Of a stretch of DNA of 64,000 bases, positions 1 through 16,220 are shown piece after piece. Numbering within the stretch: position 1 is the first letter of the stretch; each line of letters opens with the position of its first letter. Made by a program: the position numbers and the translations under genes. The DNA comes from Paraspadella gotoi (taxonomy: Eukaryota; Animalia; Chaetognatha), in the NCBI GenBank assembly GCA_051294375.1, contig CM119265.1, forward strand, positions 17,714,403 to 17,778,402, read 5' to 3'. A model generated the notes under the pieces. That model was not told where the DNA came from. It searched no databases and saw nothing but the letters and a program-made list of their open reading frames with translations.

Positions 1-2023
1 AAATTAGATGGGTTACGGAGACAGACAAAGTGGGAAAGAATCTTGTGCTCAAATTAGACATCTGTGCAAAGTGCAAATAATCATTCGTGGTCTAATACTA
101 ATCACTTTTTCCCGCCGCCTGTCGCTTTTAACTGAACCATAAAAACAAAAAGAAAAACATTTGTAAACGTAATGTCATTTTTTTTATTCAGACAACTGCG
201 AAAAATATTAAGCATTATACGATCGAAGAGTTTATTAAAGCCACAGGGTAAAAATACTGATATAAATTATCGGGTTTACGTGTCTTAGCCAAAACAACTC
301 GCTCAGAACTTTAGAGATTACAACGCACGAGTAAAGATCATATTACATTGGCAAGAGGAAATTACATTGTTGTTCGGTGTCGTACAGTAATAAAAGAAAA
401 GTGCGATATGGATGACTGACACTCACGGAATGATTGGTTAGGAATTTTCAGTTTGGGGGCAAGTCACCAACAAACGATAAACGATTTCCGTAGCAATATC
501 GAATGGCCAAAAAAAAGCTCCATGCAAGGAAAAGAGCCTATCGTGTTATACAACAATTTGCGAGAAAAAAAATATGTATTTATATAAACGAGTGAAAAAA
601 ACTCGGGCGTGTAAAGTTCGATCGCTTCGGTTACGGAAGCTCGAGACTAAAATAAAAGAAAGGTAAGTAAAGGGTAAGGGATTCGTCGTCGCTTCGCCGA
701 TTCTTTCGTGTTTTTTTTTCTTCCTCGATTTTGTGCCTTTTGTCATTATTCTCTGGCAAATCATTCCTCCTCCTCCNNNNNNNNNNCCTCCTTTTTCAGG
801 CCATTATTTCGGTCTTTACGTGGTGGTGATGGTGGTGGTGGTGGTGGTGGTGATTCGGTCGGGCGGTCGCCTGGGATTTGGGACTCTTCGCGCGCGACTG
901 GCCTGGAAAAGCGAAAGAAAAAAACGAAAAAGTCCAAAAGAAAGGAAAAATGAGAAAAAGAAAAGGCTCTCGTTTGACTTTATTTATTAATTTTATTTAG
1001 TTATTTCTTAAAATATTTTTTTTTAACATGATAGGCTCTTTTCGGTTGAACGATTCGGATGCTCACAATGGGACGCTGATGTCTCCAATCGCACTTTTCG
1101 AAGGAAAGAGAGAGAGANNNNNNNNNNNNNNNNNNNNNNNNNNNNNNNNNNNNNNNNNNNNNNNNNNNNNNNNNNNNNNNNNNNNNNNNNNNNNNNNNNN
1201 NNNNNNNNNNNNNNNNNNNNNNNNNNNNNNNNNNNNNNNNNNNNNNNNNNNNNNNNNNNNNNNNNNNNNNNNNNNNNNNNNNNNNNNNNNNNNNNNNNNN
1301 NNNNNNNNNNNNNNNNNNNNNNNNNNNNNNNNNNNNNNNNNNNNNNNNNNNNNNNNNNNNNNNNNNNNNNNNNNNNNNNNNNNNNNNNNNNNNNNNNNNN
1401 NNNNNNNNNNNNNNNNNNNNNNNNAAAAAAAAAATCTCGTTCGGTTTGAATGTCAAAAAAATGACAGAGAGAAGGAGACGCCGTGGCCTCTTGCGAAACG
1501 ACGACGACGACGACAACAACAACAAACTTAGCGGCGCAATCACTTGAAATGTTCCCATTAAATTCAAATACTCCTGCTTGAATGGGGAACATATTTCATG
1601 GAATGAGCGAGGATGGGGGGGAACGGGGNNNNNNNNNNNNNNNNNNNNNNNNNNCACGAAACACATGCAGAATGCGCGCGGAGGGACAGACTAGCAGGAA
1701 TCAACAAAGAAAAGTACAGTGAAAACCCAATGAAAAAAGAGAGAAAGAAGAAAAAGTTGTAAAATTTTTTTGTACGTTCTAAAGATCCTACGTAGAGCGG
1801 TGCATTTACAGTGAACAAGAAATATAGAAATTCTAAAGGGTGAGAGAAAAGTGCGATGGAATACAGAGGTGAGCGGTTTTTTTTTTTATCGCGATTGCTT
1901 TCGATCGTGCATTCGTGAGCCACGCAAGAGCGTGGACGGAATCACGCACGATTTCGTACGGTCTGGCGCGCATGCGCAAAGATTTTGTTTAAGCGCGCGA
2001 TTTTCCCGGTTGATCAAACTCAC

Positions 2024-4958
2024 CAGCGAGACGGAGCGCGCTCATGCGTTGAAACTCCGGCTCCTCCAACCACTTGTACATCCGCCTGAACGTCTCCCGC
2101 CCGGATTTGAGTTTGGACCAGGGCTTCGGGTTTCGGAGCAGATCGGAGAGCGTCCCTTGGGACCGGCACAACACCCGTTGGGCGAACACGGCCTGCGGAA
2201 CGGGAGGGGGGGGGAGAGAGAAGAGGGGATGGAGGGAAAGGAGGAGGAATTAAAGTCACGCTTCAGCGACGACGAGGAAAAACAACGCGGATTCTCTAGT
2301 AAGCACGTCGACCGTTTAAAATGGAGAAAATGTCGCCAAAGAATTGATTCGGATCATCGGACGCAAGTGGCGTCTGGGAGATGTAAACAAAGGGATTTTA
2401 AAGGGACTATTTTTGTACGTATTATTTTCTAATTTTTATTTCTTAAAAAAAGATGTGACGAAATTAAAAGAAGTTTTATTTTTAGGTGAATCGGCTCCGG
2501 TTTCGAGTTTCAAGCTTGAAAAATATTTGTCACGCAACGCCCCCAACTCTGAAAGCCGGCGCACGCCACGTGAAAAAAAAAATGCCGCACAAAACGACAT
2601 CTAAAAATCGCAGACAAACTACGGCAAATCCAAAATCTCTGACGCGAAACTATGCCAAGCCATTCTCGTTACTATAACTTAGAACGGCGCTAACGACAGC
2701 AACCAAGCAAACGAGGCAAACTAGGCCAGCAAACGGCGCCAGCAAACGGCGTCATCCGATCTCGGCCTCACCTGTGGAATGGAGTAGCGTTTGAGTTCTT
2801 GCGCGATTCTCTGCGCCAGTTCCTTCGTGTTGATCTCCTCGACGTCGTCGAGGTTCGCCGATTGATTCTGCGATTTGTGGGACTTGGAGTGAGGGTGGTG
2901 GGGATGTGAGTGAGGGTGGGAGTGAGGGTGGTGGGGGTGGTGATTGTGATGGGCCGGGTGAGCGGGATGAGCGGGGTGAGCGGGATGGTGGTGAGGCATT
3001 CCCGGCAGGTTGGAGATCGGGGAGTGCCTGCGAGGTAAGGAGGAGAGGAGGAGGGGGAGAATTCGTTTTAAAGATTAATCGGAGGATACGAGAAACGTTT
3101 TCCGACCAGATCTGTCTGACATTACGTTACATTTTATCGTACTGGCGCAACTCGGCTTTCGAAATCTACTCTCGCTACGAAACTTACCCGGTTGGATGAT
3201 TGTTGTTGTTGTGGAGAGCGGGGTGAGGTGATATGAGGTGATGCGTCAGCGGCGGGGCGGAGGTGTTGATCGAGAGGTGGTGATGAATCGGTGGCGGCGG
3301 CAGCGCCACTTCGTCCGGAGGGGAACTGAGGGAAATCGTGGAAGCGGGTGTTGAGGAAAAATTGGAGAGGAACGACGTTGGAGGTTGAAGGATCGCGTGA
3401 CTCGATCCAAGGAACTCAAAGGATCTTTCTCCTCTCGACTCTCGACGACGTCTGGGACTCGTAATGATGAGCTTTTACATAAACGGACGTTTCATTGTCC
3501 GATCGAGTCTCTTTAAAGAGCGAGCGAGTCGTCGTCCTCCTTCTCAAGTGATTTTTTTTTTGTTCTTATCACATCATCGTCGCTCTCACGTGATCATTCT
3601 CTCGTGATTCTCTCTTTCTTAAAGCGATTCTCGCTCTCACCTGTACTTGATGTCCTCTGGCGGATTGTGGGGCTCCGGCTCGCGATGTCCATTGATGCCG
3701 TTCGACGGGGAACTCGGGCCGTTCGAGGCGCCACCTTGAAACGCAGAGAGGCGNNNNNNNNNNNNNNNNNNNNNNNNNNNNNNNNNNNNNNNNNNNNNNN
3801 NNNNNNNNNNNNNNNNNNNNNNNNNNNNNNNNNNNNNNNNNNNNNNNNNNNNNNNNNNNNNNNNNNNNNNNNNNNNNNNNNNNNNNNNNNNNNNNNNNNN
3901 NNNNNNNNNNNNNNNNNNNNNNNNNNNNNNNNNNNNNNNNNNNNNNNNNNNNNNNNNNNNNNNNNNNNNNNNNNNNNNNNNNNNNNNNNNNNNNNNNNNN
4001 NNNNNNNNNNNNNNNNNNNNNNNNNNNNNNNNNNNNNNNNNNNNNNNNNNNNNNNNNNNNNNNNNNNNNNNNNNNNNNNNNNNNNNNNNNNNNNNNNNNN
4101 NNNNNNNNNNNNNNNNNNNNNNNNNNNNNNNNNNNNNNNNNNNNNNNNNNNNNNNNNNNNNNNNNNNNNNNNNNNTTATTCTTTTTTTTTTCTGCCTCGC
4201 GATATGATTTATGTATAAGAAGATCCCCTCATTAATGTCAACCTTGAAAAGAGAATCTTTTACGACAGCTTGATAATATATGACTTTTGTTTGTTTATTT
4301 GTTGGGAAGGAGACGAATAAAGAAAAGGAAGAACTATAGAAAGAGTAACACGTACTAGAATTAGAAAAATGATCGACAGTTCACCCAAAAGATTTTCTCC
4401 GTTAAAATAATTTGCTATTAAATAAGTGGGAAAACCCAAAAAACAGCAGCAAAACAACAACAACAATAACAACAACAACAAGGGAAAAAAAATTCGGACG
4501 GCAAAGTTCCAATTCCAACGCAGTCTCGTTCTCGTGCGCCAATTACGCAGCCGCTTCAGCCATTGATCNNNNNNNNNNNNNNNNNNNNNNNNNNNNNNNN
4601 NNNNNNNNNNNNNNNNNNNNNNNNNNNNNNNNNNNNNNNNNNNNNNNNNNNNNNNNNNNNNNNNNNNNNNNNNNNNNNNNNNNNNNNNNNNNNNNNNNNN
4701 NNNNNNNNNNNNNNNNNNNNNNNNNNNNNNNNNNNNNNNNNNNNNNNNNNNNNNNNNNNNNNNNNNNNNNNNNNNNNNNNNNNNNNNNNNNNNNNNNNNN
4801 NNNAAAGAGAGAGATAGAGAAAAGAGAAAAGAAAAGAAAGAAAGAAAGAGCAAGCTAGTTCGAGCGGAACCGTATCTCGGCCTGTAGCAGCTGAAACCTA
4901 AAAGGTCGCGCGTACAACTCAGAAAATCAGGCCGAAAACTTTCGCTTTATCAGCGTCA

Positions 4959-5050
<92 letters not shown>

Positions 5051-6060
5051 AACTAACTTTTCTCACCCGCGTTTGGAATCCCCGGCGGCGAGGCGTGTCC
5101 CGGCCCGTGATGCGGCGGCGGAGGCGGCGGCGGTGGCGGCGGCGGCGGTCCGTTATGCTGCGGATTGAGGTGAGGCGATCCCACCGGGGTGGGGATGGGC
5201 GAGACGGAGGGATGGTGGGGAGGAAGGATGTTGAAAGAGGCGGTCATGGAGGATAGGGCGGAGGAGAAAGATGGCGGTGGCGTGGCATTGGCCGAGGCGC
5301 CCGACATCGGGGTGTTGGGATTGGGCAGATAGAGTCGGCCGGCCAACGTCGCCGAGGACAGATCGTCCGGCCTCGAGGACAAGGCCTGCCCGTACGAGGA
5401 GAGCCCGTCGTAGGCCGGGATCGGCGTCTCGGGGCTGAGCGGCTCAGATTTGGGCGACTGGTGTAACCCGTTAGAGTGGAGGTGCCCGCCGGGGGCGGCA
5501 GACCCGTAGTAGTTGGAAGGGCTGGAGATGAGTCCGGTGCCGAGCCCGTTGCCGAGCCCGGACGTCAGCGAGGATCCCAGGCTGGTAAGCCCGGTCCCGA
5601 GGCCGCTTCCCAACCCGCCGCCGAGCCCGTTGCCGAAGTGGGGCAGTGGCGGCGGGGGCGGAGGCGGCGGGTGACCCGTCGGGGACGGCGCCGTTGGCGA
5701 GAGGTTCATGCCCATGCTTGCCGCCATGGAGTTGCTCATGGAGTTGGCCAGTTTCGACGTCTCGTAGTTGTAGTTGACGGCGCCCATTGGTCCCAGGTTT
5801 CCCTGGTGCATCAGGGTGAAGGTGCCGGAGACGTTTGGGGGATGGTGATGGTGGTGATGGTGATGGTGGGGGTGTGGGTGGTGAGGATATTTCTCCGGCG
5901 ACGTCACCGTCGAGATCGGAGGCAGCGGCTGCAGCGGCGCCAGACTCGCGTACGAGTGGTTGTACGCGGGGCTCATTCGTCCCGTCACCACGGACTGGAG
6001 GCTCTGGTAGGTGGGCTCGAACCCGGACACCACCGAGCGGTAGTCGCTGGAGTCCAACAT
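2024..6060 (-). CDS. ONECUT: Onecut/HNF6 CUT-class homeobox transcription factor, 3'-partial (exons 6060-5067, 3734-3641, 3027-2772, 2192-2024)
   Basis: Onecut N-terminal motifs (SYASLAPLQPLPPISTV, poly-His, NVSGTFTLM) and a complete CUT domain (EEINTKELAQRIAQELKRYSIPQ|AVFAQRVLCRSQGTLSDLLRNPKPWSKLKSGRETFRRMYKWLEEPEFQRMSALRLA). GT-AG junctions keep frame (phases 1, 2, 0, 1). The homeodomain exon was not found in the readable sequence. Confidence 0.96.
4958..5052. repeat. (GAAA)n microsatellite at the start of Onecut intron 1
   Basis: Perfect tetranucleotide array seen directly. Confidence 0.95.
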
Positions 6061-7552
6061 CGTCTATGGCCGGAAAGGGTTGGTAAAGGGAAAGAGGGCT
6101 TCGGCGCGAGGTAAGGTCGGAGGTCCGGAGGTGCGTTCGGGGGCAGGAAGTTAGGAATCGAAAATGGAGAAATCGAAATGCCGAGAATCGCGACGTCGAA
6201 AGTCGGGGGTTGTGCTCGGCGACGTGCTTGGGGTCATGATCGATCGTCCTTGTCGTTTGGCGATTAATTTTGTTTCGGAGATCAACGGCCGATGATTTTT
6301 TTTTTTTTTAGGGAGTCAATCGTTGATGACTAGTCGGTGATTGTCAATGGTGATTGTCGATGGTGATTGCTTGGCTGAGCTAGAGATAAAAGCGCGTTTA
6401 TTTAAAATATTATTAAAAAAAATATATAAATACAGTATCGGTCCCTTTTCTTTTCTTCTACGCGCATGAGAGAATGCCCCGCGCGGGAGTGAGAGAGCGA
6501 CAGAGAGAGAGAGAGAGAAACAGAGAGAAAAAAAAAATGTGGAGACGCGAGAGAAAGAGAGAGAAGGAGTGGATTGGGTTCGTCGCGAGTCTCGATGCCC
6601 GGACCGGAAATGACGATTTCCAAGTTGCGTCGACGCTTCTCTATCATCGGGTCGCGCGTGGATTCTCCGAGGAGTTGAGAGGGAAGAGGGAGAGAGAGAG
6701 AGAGAGCGATAAAGAGAGAGACACATCGTCGTCGTCGTCCTCGGACTCGTTCCTCTTCCTCTTCATCGTCGATGTTATCGTCGTCGTCACGGTGACGTTC
6801 CATGTCGTCGTCTTTCTCGTCGTCGTCGTCGTCCTCTTCGAATTTGTCACGGTTTTTCTCCACAGGGTTTTCAACGAAAGGGAATCCTCTTCTCCTCAAC
6901 TCCTTCTTCCTCCTCTCCTCAATCACCTCTTCTTCTTCTTCTTCGTCGTCATCGTCGTCGTCGTCATCGTCGTCGAAGACGTTTTACTTTTTCGTCATCA
7001 ACGGCTGCTGGCGTCGCAGAAGCTGCAAGACTCGTTTCCGATAAATCGGAAAATGGGTGGAGAGAACTGGGAGGACGAATCGGGAAAAGTGAGGAGAGAA
7101 TCGTGGTGAAAGGAGAAGAAATTCTCGAAATAAGCAAAGTTTCTTTAATTCAGGAAAGTAAGTTCTGGCCAGGCGAGGCGATATAAGGTGCGTCTGAACC
7201 TCTACGATTTAAAATGCCGTTCCTTACCGTCGCGACACAGCGACATCCATCAACTCCCCCCCCCTCACCTCCTCCTCTTCCTCCTCCTCCTTCGTCGCCT
7301 GGCAACGCATTCTCCCTGCGATTCCACGCCGCCGTCGTCGTCGCAATCGTCGTCGCCGAAGAGGACGATCACGTGCGATTCTTATTAGAAGGGGNNNNNN
7401 NNNNTTCTGAATGTCGCGATTTCGCCCAGCGTTGTTTATTGCTCATGATAATAAGGCTTAGTATGCAAATAGGAACAACTCATAAACGGACTATTTATCT
7501 CTTTATGTTCGAGAGAAAATCGAGAGAAATTTATTGACAGCTGAATGGAGAC

Positions 7553-12287
<4,735 letters not shown>

Positions 12288-12424
12288 CAACGCGAAGATT
12301 GTTATAACTTTGGATATTATTAATTAAGTAAAACACACTCATGAATAAAGTTATCAAAATAGCACCATCACTCATTTTCTTACAAGTCCATATAGTATAT
12401 ATATACAGAATACAAAAAGCTTCA

Positions 12425-12476
12425 GGTAAGACGGAATTTTCGACTCGGTTTTTTCGAGCCTTCATCAGCATTTGAT
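12425..12476 (-). ncRNA. Minimal type I hammerhead ribozyme-like motif (Penelope-like element type), degenerate
   Basis: Minus strand reads aaatg-CTGATGA-A-GGCTCG-aaaaaac-CGAGTC-GAAA-ATTC-cgt: conserved core, 6-bp stem II, AATT palindrome in place of stem III, 3-bp stem I (aug/cgu). Confidence 0.5.
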
Positions 12477-12542
12477 GTTGTTGGCAATAAATGTGACAAA
12501 AGAGGGGATTCTTGAAATTTGACCTATGACCTATGACCTCCA

Positions 12543-12773
12543 CTGCTCAAATTTCTGCCTCCAGGACTTGCAACCTGGTATTGGTGTTTTACTCTCTAGT
12601 CTAAATTTGTTAAAACTTCTGACTAGATGAGATTTAGCGCTTATTTTTAACCATGAACGGCAATAGAGTTACGGTTTTTCTTTTTTTCTCTCTTCTCAGG
12701 GGCCCTCCTGGGGCCCCCCTGGGTCAGAGCCCCTCGCCTGAGGCGAGGGTGTCCCCCCTCTCGCCGCCCCTGG
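12543..12773. mobile_element. Non-autonomous DNA transposon fragment (hAT-like end); second copy at about 57955-58640
   Basis: Blocks shared with the PBLD intron 1 copy: tgctcaaa..ctgcctccaggacttgcaacctgg, gtctaaatttgttaaa..ttctgactagatgagatttagc, and a terminal ccccctctcgcc(g/a)cccctgg. Confidence 0.65.
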
Positions 12774-13339
12774 TCCCATTAGTACGTCTATTGGGATACT
12801 GTGTGCAAAATCATTTTAATAATTACTTGCATTTAAAATATTGCATAATAATAATGCATTGTATAATATTGTATTGTAATATAATATTGTATAATATTGT
12901 AAAAAAAATTTTAACGTCTAATATAGTAAAACAAGTAATCTTGCAATTTTGCATAAAATTTAGTTCAGTGATTTGTTCAGAACCGATTCTCGGTCAGAAA
13001 AACGGGGATAGCATTTTCTAATATGAAGACTTCTGTAATATATATAATATAATAATTATTATAATAATAAACAAAGTAAAGAGACAGACTGACTAGTAGT
13101 GACTACTATAGGGGAAGGTAAACAAACGAGAAAACAAAACGTAAACAAACGGTGCGAAAAGGATTGGAGCGCATTTGCATTTTGCAGTCCGGACCGTCTG
13201 TTCTTAAAGTGAGTGCCGTCTCAATGCAGAGGTTCTTCAAATGTTAAAAGCAAAGAACGCTGAAAGAAGTTAGAAAACTTTGCAAGTTTTGTCAAAAATT
13301 ACAAAAAATTAATTATTTACCCAAGAAAAGGTCTCATTT

Positions 13340-13504
13340 TTATCTCGCAAGTTCGTTCCGGACTGAAGCTGTTTTTTTATCCACCGGTTCTTCCTTTTCT
13401 TCCTCGACGACGATGACGATAAAAGCGACGGTAATCGTGAGTCCGCAACTCAAAATAAAAATCGCTACCGCAATTTTTCTTTCATCCTCTTTCCAGACTC
13501 TCAT
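13340..13504 (-). CDS. Candidate 54-aa single-pass membrane micro-protein
   Basis: ATG..TAA frame MRVWKEDERKIAVAIFILSCGLTITVAFIVIVVEEEKEEPVDKKTASVRNELAR, with a 23-aa hydrophobic stretch between charged flanks. It is below the ORF-track cutoff and has no recognised homology. Confidence 0.3.
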   Translation of the reverse strand: MRVWKEDERKIAVAIFILSCGLTITVAFIVIVVEEEKEEPVDKKTASVRNELAR

Positions 13505-13557
13505 CGTTTGTATTCTCAAATCGTCTTTCTAATCTCTCCCTTTTTCTGGAGACTATT

Positions 13558-13588
<31 letters not shown>

Positions 13589-13759
13589 GGCGCCATCGAT
13601 CGAGTCTTTTTCTTCAGTCTCCCTTCTTTGAAATCTTTGTGCCACTCGGACGTCATTCCGTCTCCTTGACGACCGTCTTCTTCGCCATTTTTACTTACTT
13701 TCTTTTTAATTGGAGATTTTTAATAATAAATCCATTTGTGTCTACGTAAATTTAGAGAA

Positions 13760-16198
13760 ATGCCTACTCCGACCAACCGAACACTGGCGCCGCGATTTTC
13801 ACTGTGCTCGCGCGTGGCCGACCCATTGAGCTGGGATCGTTTGGCACCGAAGTTTTCGAATCCGCGGCGCTTATTGCCAGGTCTTGGCGCCGTTGCGTTG
13901 CTATGCGTCGCCGGGATTGGGGTCAACGTCGTCGACGCCGGAATCTCTCGTCGATTAGAAGATCGACGCGTGGGCATTCTCGTGCGATCATTCGCCAGGA
14001 TAGACGCTGCAGTGTTGGCGTGCGTGGCTCCACAAGCTGTTCTCCTCGGCGTTTCGGTAGTAACATTAAATTGGCTGTTACCATTAGAGAAATTAAAATT
14101 GTCGCGGCAATGTTCCTGCTCTTTTTTAGCATTTTGAATTAAGAATCGAAAAATAAAACTTAAATATCGAAAAACTTTAGCCTCTTGTCATTCATCTGAA
14201 CTGTCTCATTTATATATGACAAAAAATATGAGTACTATGCAAAAGAAAATTCGTAGTCCAAAAAAATGTTTCCTTCTTTTTTATATTTTATATTTCCAGT
14301 TTTTTTTTTAAATTTTTTTAGTATATATTATATATGTATATATTAAATAAATTTACGCTTTTGAGAATGAATCTTTTTATTCAGTCCCATTTACCTATAA
14401 AAAATGTCTTAGACTATGATTCATATTCTGAAATGAACTAATTAACCGCGACAATTTTTTTATTCCATCATGGCATTTTTTTTTTTATTATTTCTGTTGT
14501 TTTTAGTCGATGACGGACTCGGCCTGGATCAAAGGCCCGCTTGGTTTCAGCTCTTGCTTGACAGAAATCGCAACGAGCGTGGTTGCATTCTCCACTCTGG
14601 CGGCTGCCATCACCGCCGCGGCCGAAGCCTATCGACTAGTCAGCCGTCAGGAAAGACAATCACCGGCCGGTAAGGACAAAGCACTAACAGAGGCCTGTAG
14701 TCGGGCATTGCCTAGGTTCACCCCGCCTAGAAACATGACGCTTTCAGTTGTGACCCGGTGGCTCATTGAGTAAAGCCATCAACTCATGACCACTAGGTAC
14801 CGGGTTCAATCCCAACCCGGTACCTACCCTGCGGGAAGCGTGAGGACGGCCGTAAGCCGCCTTGGGGGCATGGCAAACCCTCAAGCCTGGTTCCAAGCCC
14901 AGGGACCCGTTCCATGGCTGCTAGAGGGGGTTATAGAAGTTACGGACAGTCATCTTCAGCCCACGTAGCGCCTTATCCACACTGGTGTGGATAAGGCGCT
15001 TACGGCCGTCCTCACGCTTCCCGCAGGGTAGGTACCGGGTCAGGCCTGCGAAAGTAAAATTATGCCGATTTTATATCAAATAATGAACAATTTTACGAAT
15101 AAACTTCTTTGTAAAAATTAGTACATAATTGCTCGGTTGTCTTAAGAAAATCAATATATCCGTGCAAAATAACTTCCAGTTCCCCCCCGTCCCGTTTCGC
15201 AGACAGCCTTACTTGTTACTCGGCCACTTTTGCTCTCGTCGCCTTATTCGCCGCCTTTTCCTCTGCCTGTTTCAAGTTCGTATTCTTATCTCTCTGCGAC
15301 CACGCCGCCTCCGCCGCCGATCTCTACCGCTGCTTTGTCATTGATCAACTCACCTACTGCGTTATATTCCAGGTCAGTGAGCGTAAATTAAGTCAATATC
15401 ATCAAAAGCGTTTAACTCAAACACAATCTTCAGGCGGCGCCTCTCGCTTTCGTGGCGGGACTAGGAGTCGTCGTGGCCATACAGCGGAAGCGCGCCAAGA
15501 TGGCGGCGGCGCATGAGGACTTAGCCGTTTCCTTGGAGACGGCGCAACCGTCGACGGAGGAGTGGAGGAACTCTAAGACGACTCAGAGTTTGTTTTTGCT
15601 GTACGCCGTCACCCAAACGCCAGTGGCTGCCGTCGACGTCTTTCTCGCCATCTTTCCTGCCGTCGACGACGGGCGATTAAAGCGTAACGTCGATTTCGAG
15701 GTGCGAAGATAAGCAAAACGCGTTATTAAATTTGAAATTAGGCGATATAAATTCCCTTATTAAAATATTTCGTTCAAAAATTATCATGGGATACGAAGTC
15801 ATTTCGGGAGCCGTCAAAGCTCAAAGCATTTATAAATAAAAATGTATAACGAGAGCAGAGGCCAGTCACTCGGTCAGGTTTTGCGAGAGTGATTTTCACG
15901 GCGTTAATGTAACCCAATGGGATCTCAGTATATATCTTCATAACTTAATATATTAAGAGATTATTTCAACAAATTATTTCAGTTGCTTGCCGTCATCTCC
16001 GCCCTTCTAATCGTCCTCAACTCGTCCCTCAAGTTTCTCCTTTTTTGTCAATTCGACCCGAGATTTCGCCTCCGGTTCATTCAACGTTTGCGGCAATCGG
16101 GGCGAGACTGCCTCGAACGGTTGACCCTTCGAGGACGCGGACAGGGAGTCAGAGAGATCATGGTCGAACAGGAAAGGGAGGAGCAAGAAGAATTATGA
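13760..16198 (+). CDS. Divergent class A (rhodopsin-like) 7TM GPCR, about 370 aa (exons 13760-14056, 14507-14669, 15203-15372, 15434-15700, 15983-16198)
   Basis: Five GT-AG-joined exons give a 1113-nt open frame with seven hydrophobic segments and class A landmarks in order: TM1 GIGVN, TM2 SFARID, ECL1 WIKG..C, TM3 AAAEAY, TM5 FQAAP, TM6 YAVTQTP, TM7 LNSSLKFLLF, helix 8 PRFR. Confidence 0.8.
14752..15040 (+). mobile_element. tRNA-derived SINE-like element with fold-back 3' end, in GPCR intron 2
   Basis: Pol III A-box-like TGGCTCATTGAG and B-box GGTTCAATCCC at tRNA spacing. Perfect 43-bp inverted repeat (14815-14857 / 14998-15040) and a 16-bp-stem hairpin (14967-15000). Confidence 0.65.
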
Positions 16199-16220
16199 CT
16201 GTACGTAATTATTGAGCGGG

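Noticed and set aside
1001-4858. ORFs containing long X runs
   Set aside because: Artefacts of N gaps.
6316-7109. Overlapping 130-210 aa ORFs upstream of Onecut
   Set aside because: Built from (GAC/TCG)n, (GA)n and (CTT)n repeats with no domain; an in-frame stop lies just before the Onecut ATG.
14752-14825. Possible true tRNA genes here and at 19141-19212
   Set aside because: The cloverleaves are imperfect, each continues into a SINE body, and one family is dispersed. Treated as SINE heads.
14973-14994. Two inverted TTATCCACA motifs matching bacterial DnaA boxes
   Set aside because: They lie in a SINE hairpin inside a spliceosomal intron of an animal gene; the second copy is just the other palindrome arm. 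No bacterial context.
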